Below are positions 63,797 through 64,000 of a DNA stretch of 64,000 nt, piece by piece. The position numbers were made by a program, and so were the translations under genes. The notes below the pieces were generated by a model. It was not told the origin of the DNA and ran no database searches. It saw nothing but the letters and a program-made list of their open reading frames with translations. Within the stretch, counting starts at the first letter, position 1; the number at the start of each line of letters is the position of its first letter. The DNA is from an uncultured archaeon (GTDB lineage: Archaea > Iainarchaeota > Iainarchaeia > Iainarchaeales > JAAZKV01): the NCBI GenBank assembly GCA_964619405.1, contig CAZUCF010000004.1, positions 4,689 to 68,688 of the forward strand, written 5' to 3'.

Positions 63797-64000
63797 ACTA
63801 ACACCCCACTAAAACCTTTTTTACAGGTTTTTTAAAACAAAAAACTATTTTGGTTTTTTGTCTGGCTAAAAGCGTCGCTTTTAAACCTAATATAAAAACA
63901 ATACGCAAGGTTTAAAAACAAGCTTTTAAAGGATTTTTTTTAATCTAAAAAAGGATTAATGATTAAATAATTTTTTTTGAATTATTATTTATTATTGTTT

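Overview
Visibly AT-rich archaeal chromosome segment. Archaeal markers: TBP, AglB/STT3 and AglH, Ogg2-type glycosylase, geranylgeranyl reductase, class III (prepilin-type) signal peptides, GGTG-type Shine-Dalgarno motifs, standard code with TAA/TGA/TAG all used as stops. Gene content suggests a small-genome, surface-attached DPANN-like archaeon; this lineage call is inference only.

Layout:
- 0.3-3.0 kb: four-gene pilin-like operon.
- 5.5-10.1 kb: one giant secreted, membrane-anchored surface protein with a pentapeptide repeat.
- 11.3-14.6 kb: type IV-filament motor, a FlaI/TadA-like ATPase plus two separate TadB/TadC-like platform genes.
- 15.0-21.0 kb: two large adhesin-like genes (DUF285/BspA repeats; GLUG repeats), both with pilin-type N-termini. 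One is interrupted by an in-frame TAG at the predicted signal-peptide cleavage site. They flank DUF192, Ogg, a rubrerythrin-like gene and a GC-richer repeat island carrying a duplicated ogg 3' end.
- 21-27 kb: UppS, tRNA-Gln(CUG), geranylgeranyl reductase and an FN3/Ig-like surface protein.
- 27-35.6 kb: orphan radical SAM enzyme, AbrB-PhoU regulator, TruD, an MtnP/MtnA/class II aldolase trio, a CARF/Csa3-like regulator and Apt.
- 35.7-61.1 kb: long protein-glycosylation island. It holds two gmd paralogs, fcl, a ColD-like 3-dehydratase, a perosamine-synthase-like aminotransferase, a Gmm-like Nudix, a Wzx flippase, many glycosyl- and methyltransferases, an Alg13/Alg14 pair, a GT10 fucosyltransferase, AglH and AglB.
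- This island is interrupted by PIN/RHH, MazEF, a HicA remnant, AbiEii/AbiEi, RHH plus a frame-shifted MazF, a TumE/TumA-like pair and an IS4/IS5-type transposase.
- 61.2-64 kb: ferredoxin, an orphan 5S rRNA and TBP.

Several genes carry lesions: an amber codon, homopolymer frameshifts and a missing canonical start. These could be decay, switching or assembly error.

All calls rest on motif reading by eye. No database search was possible.
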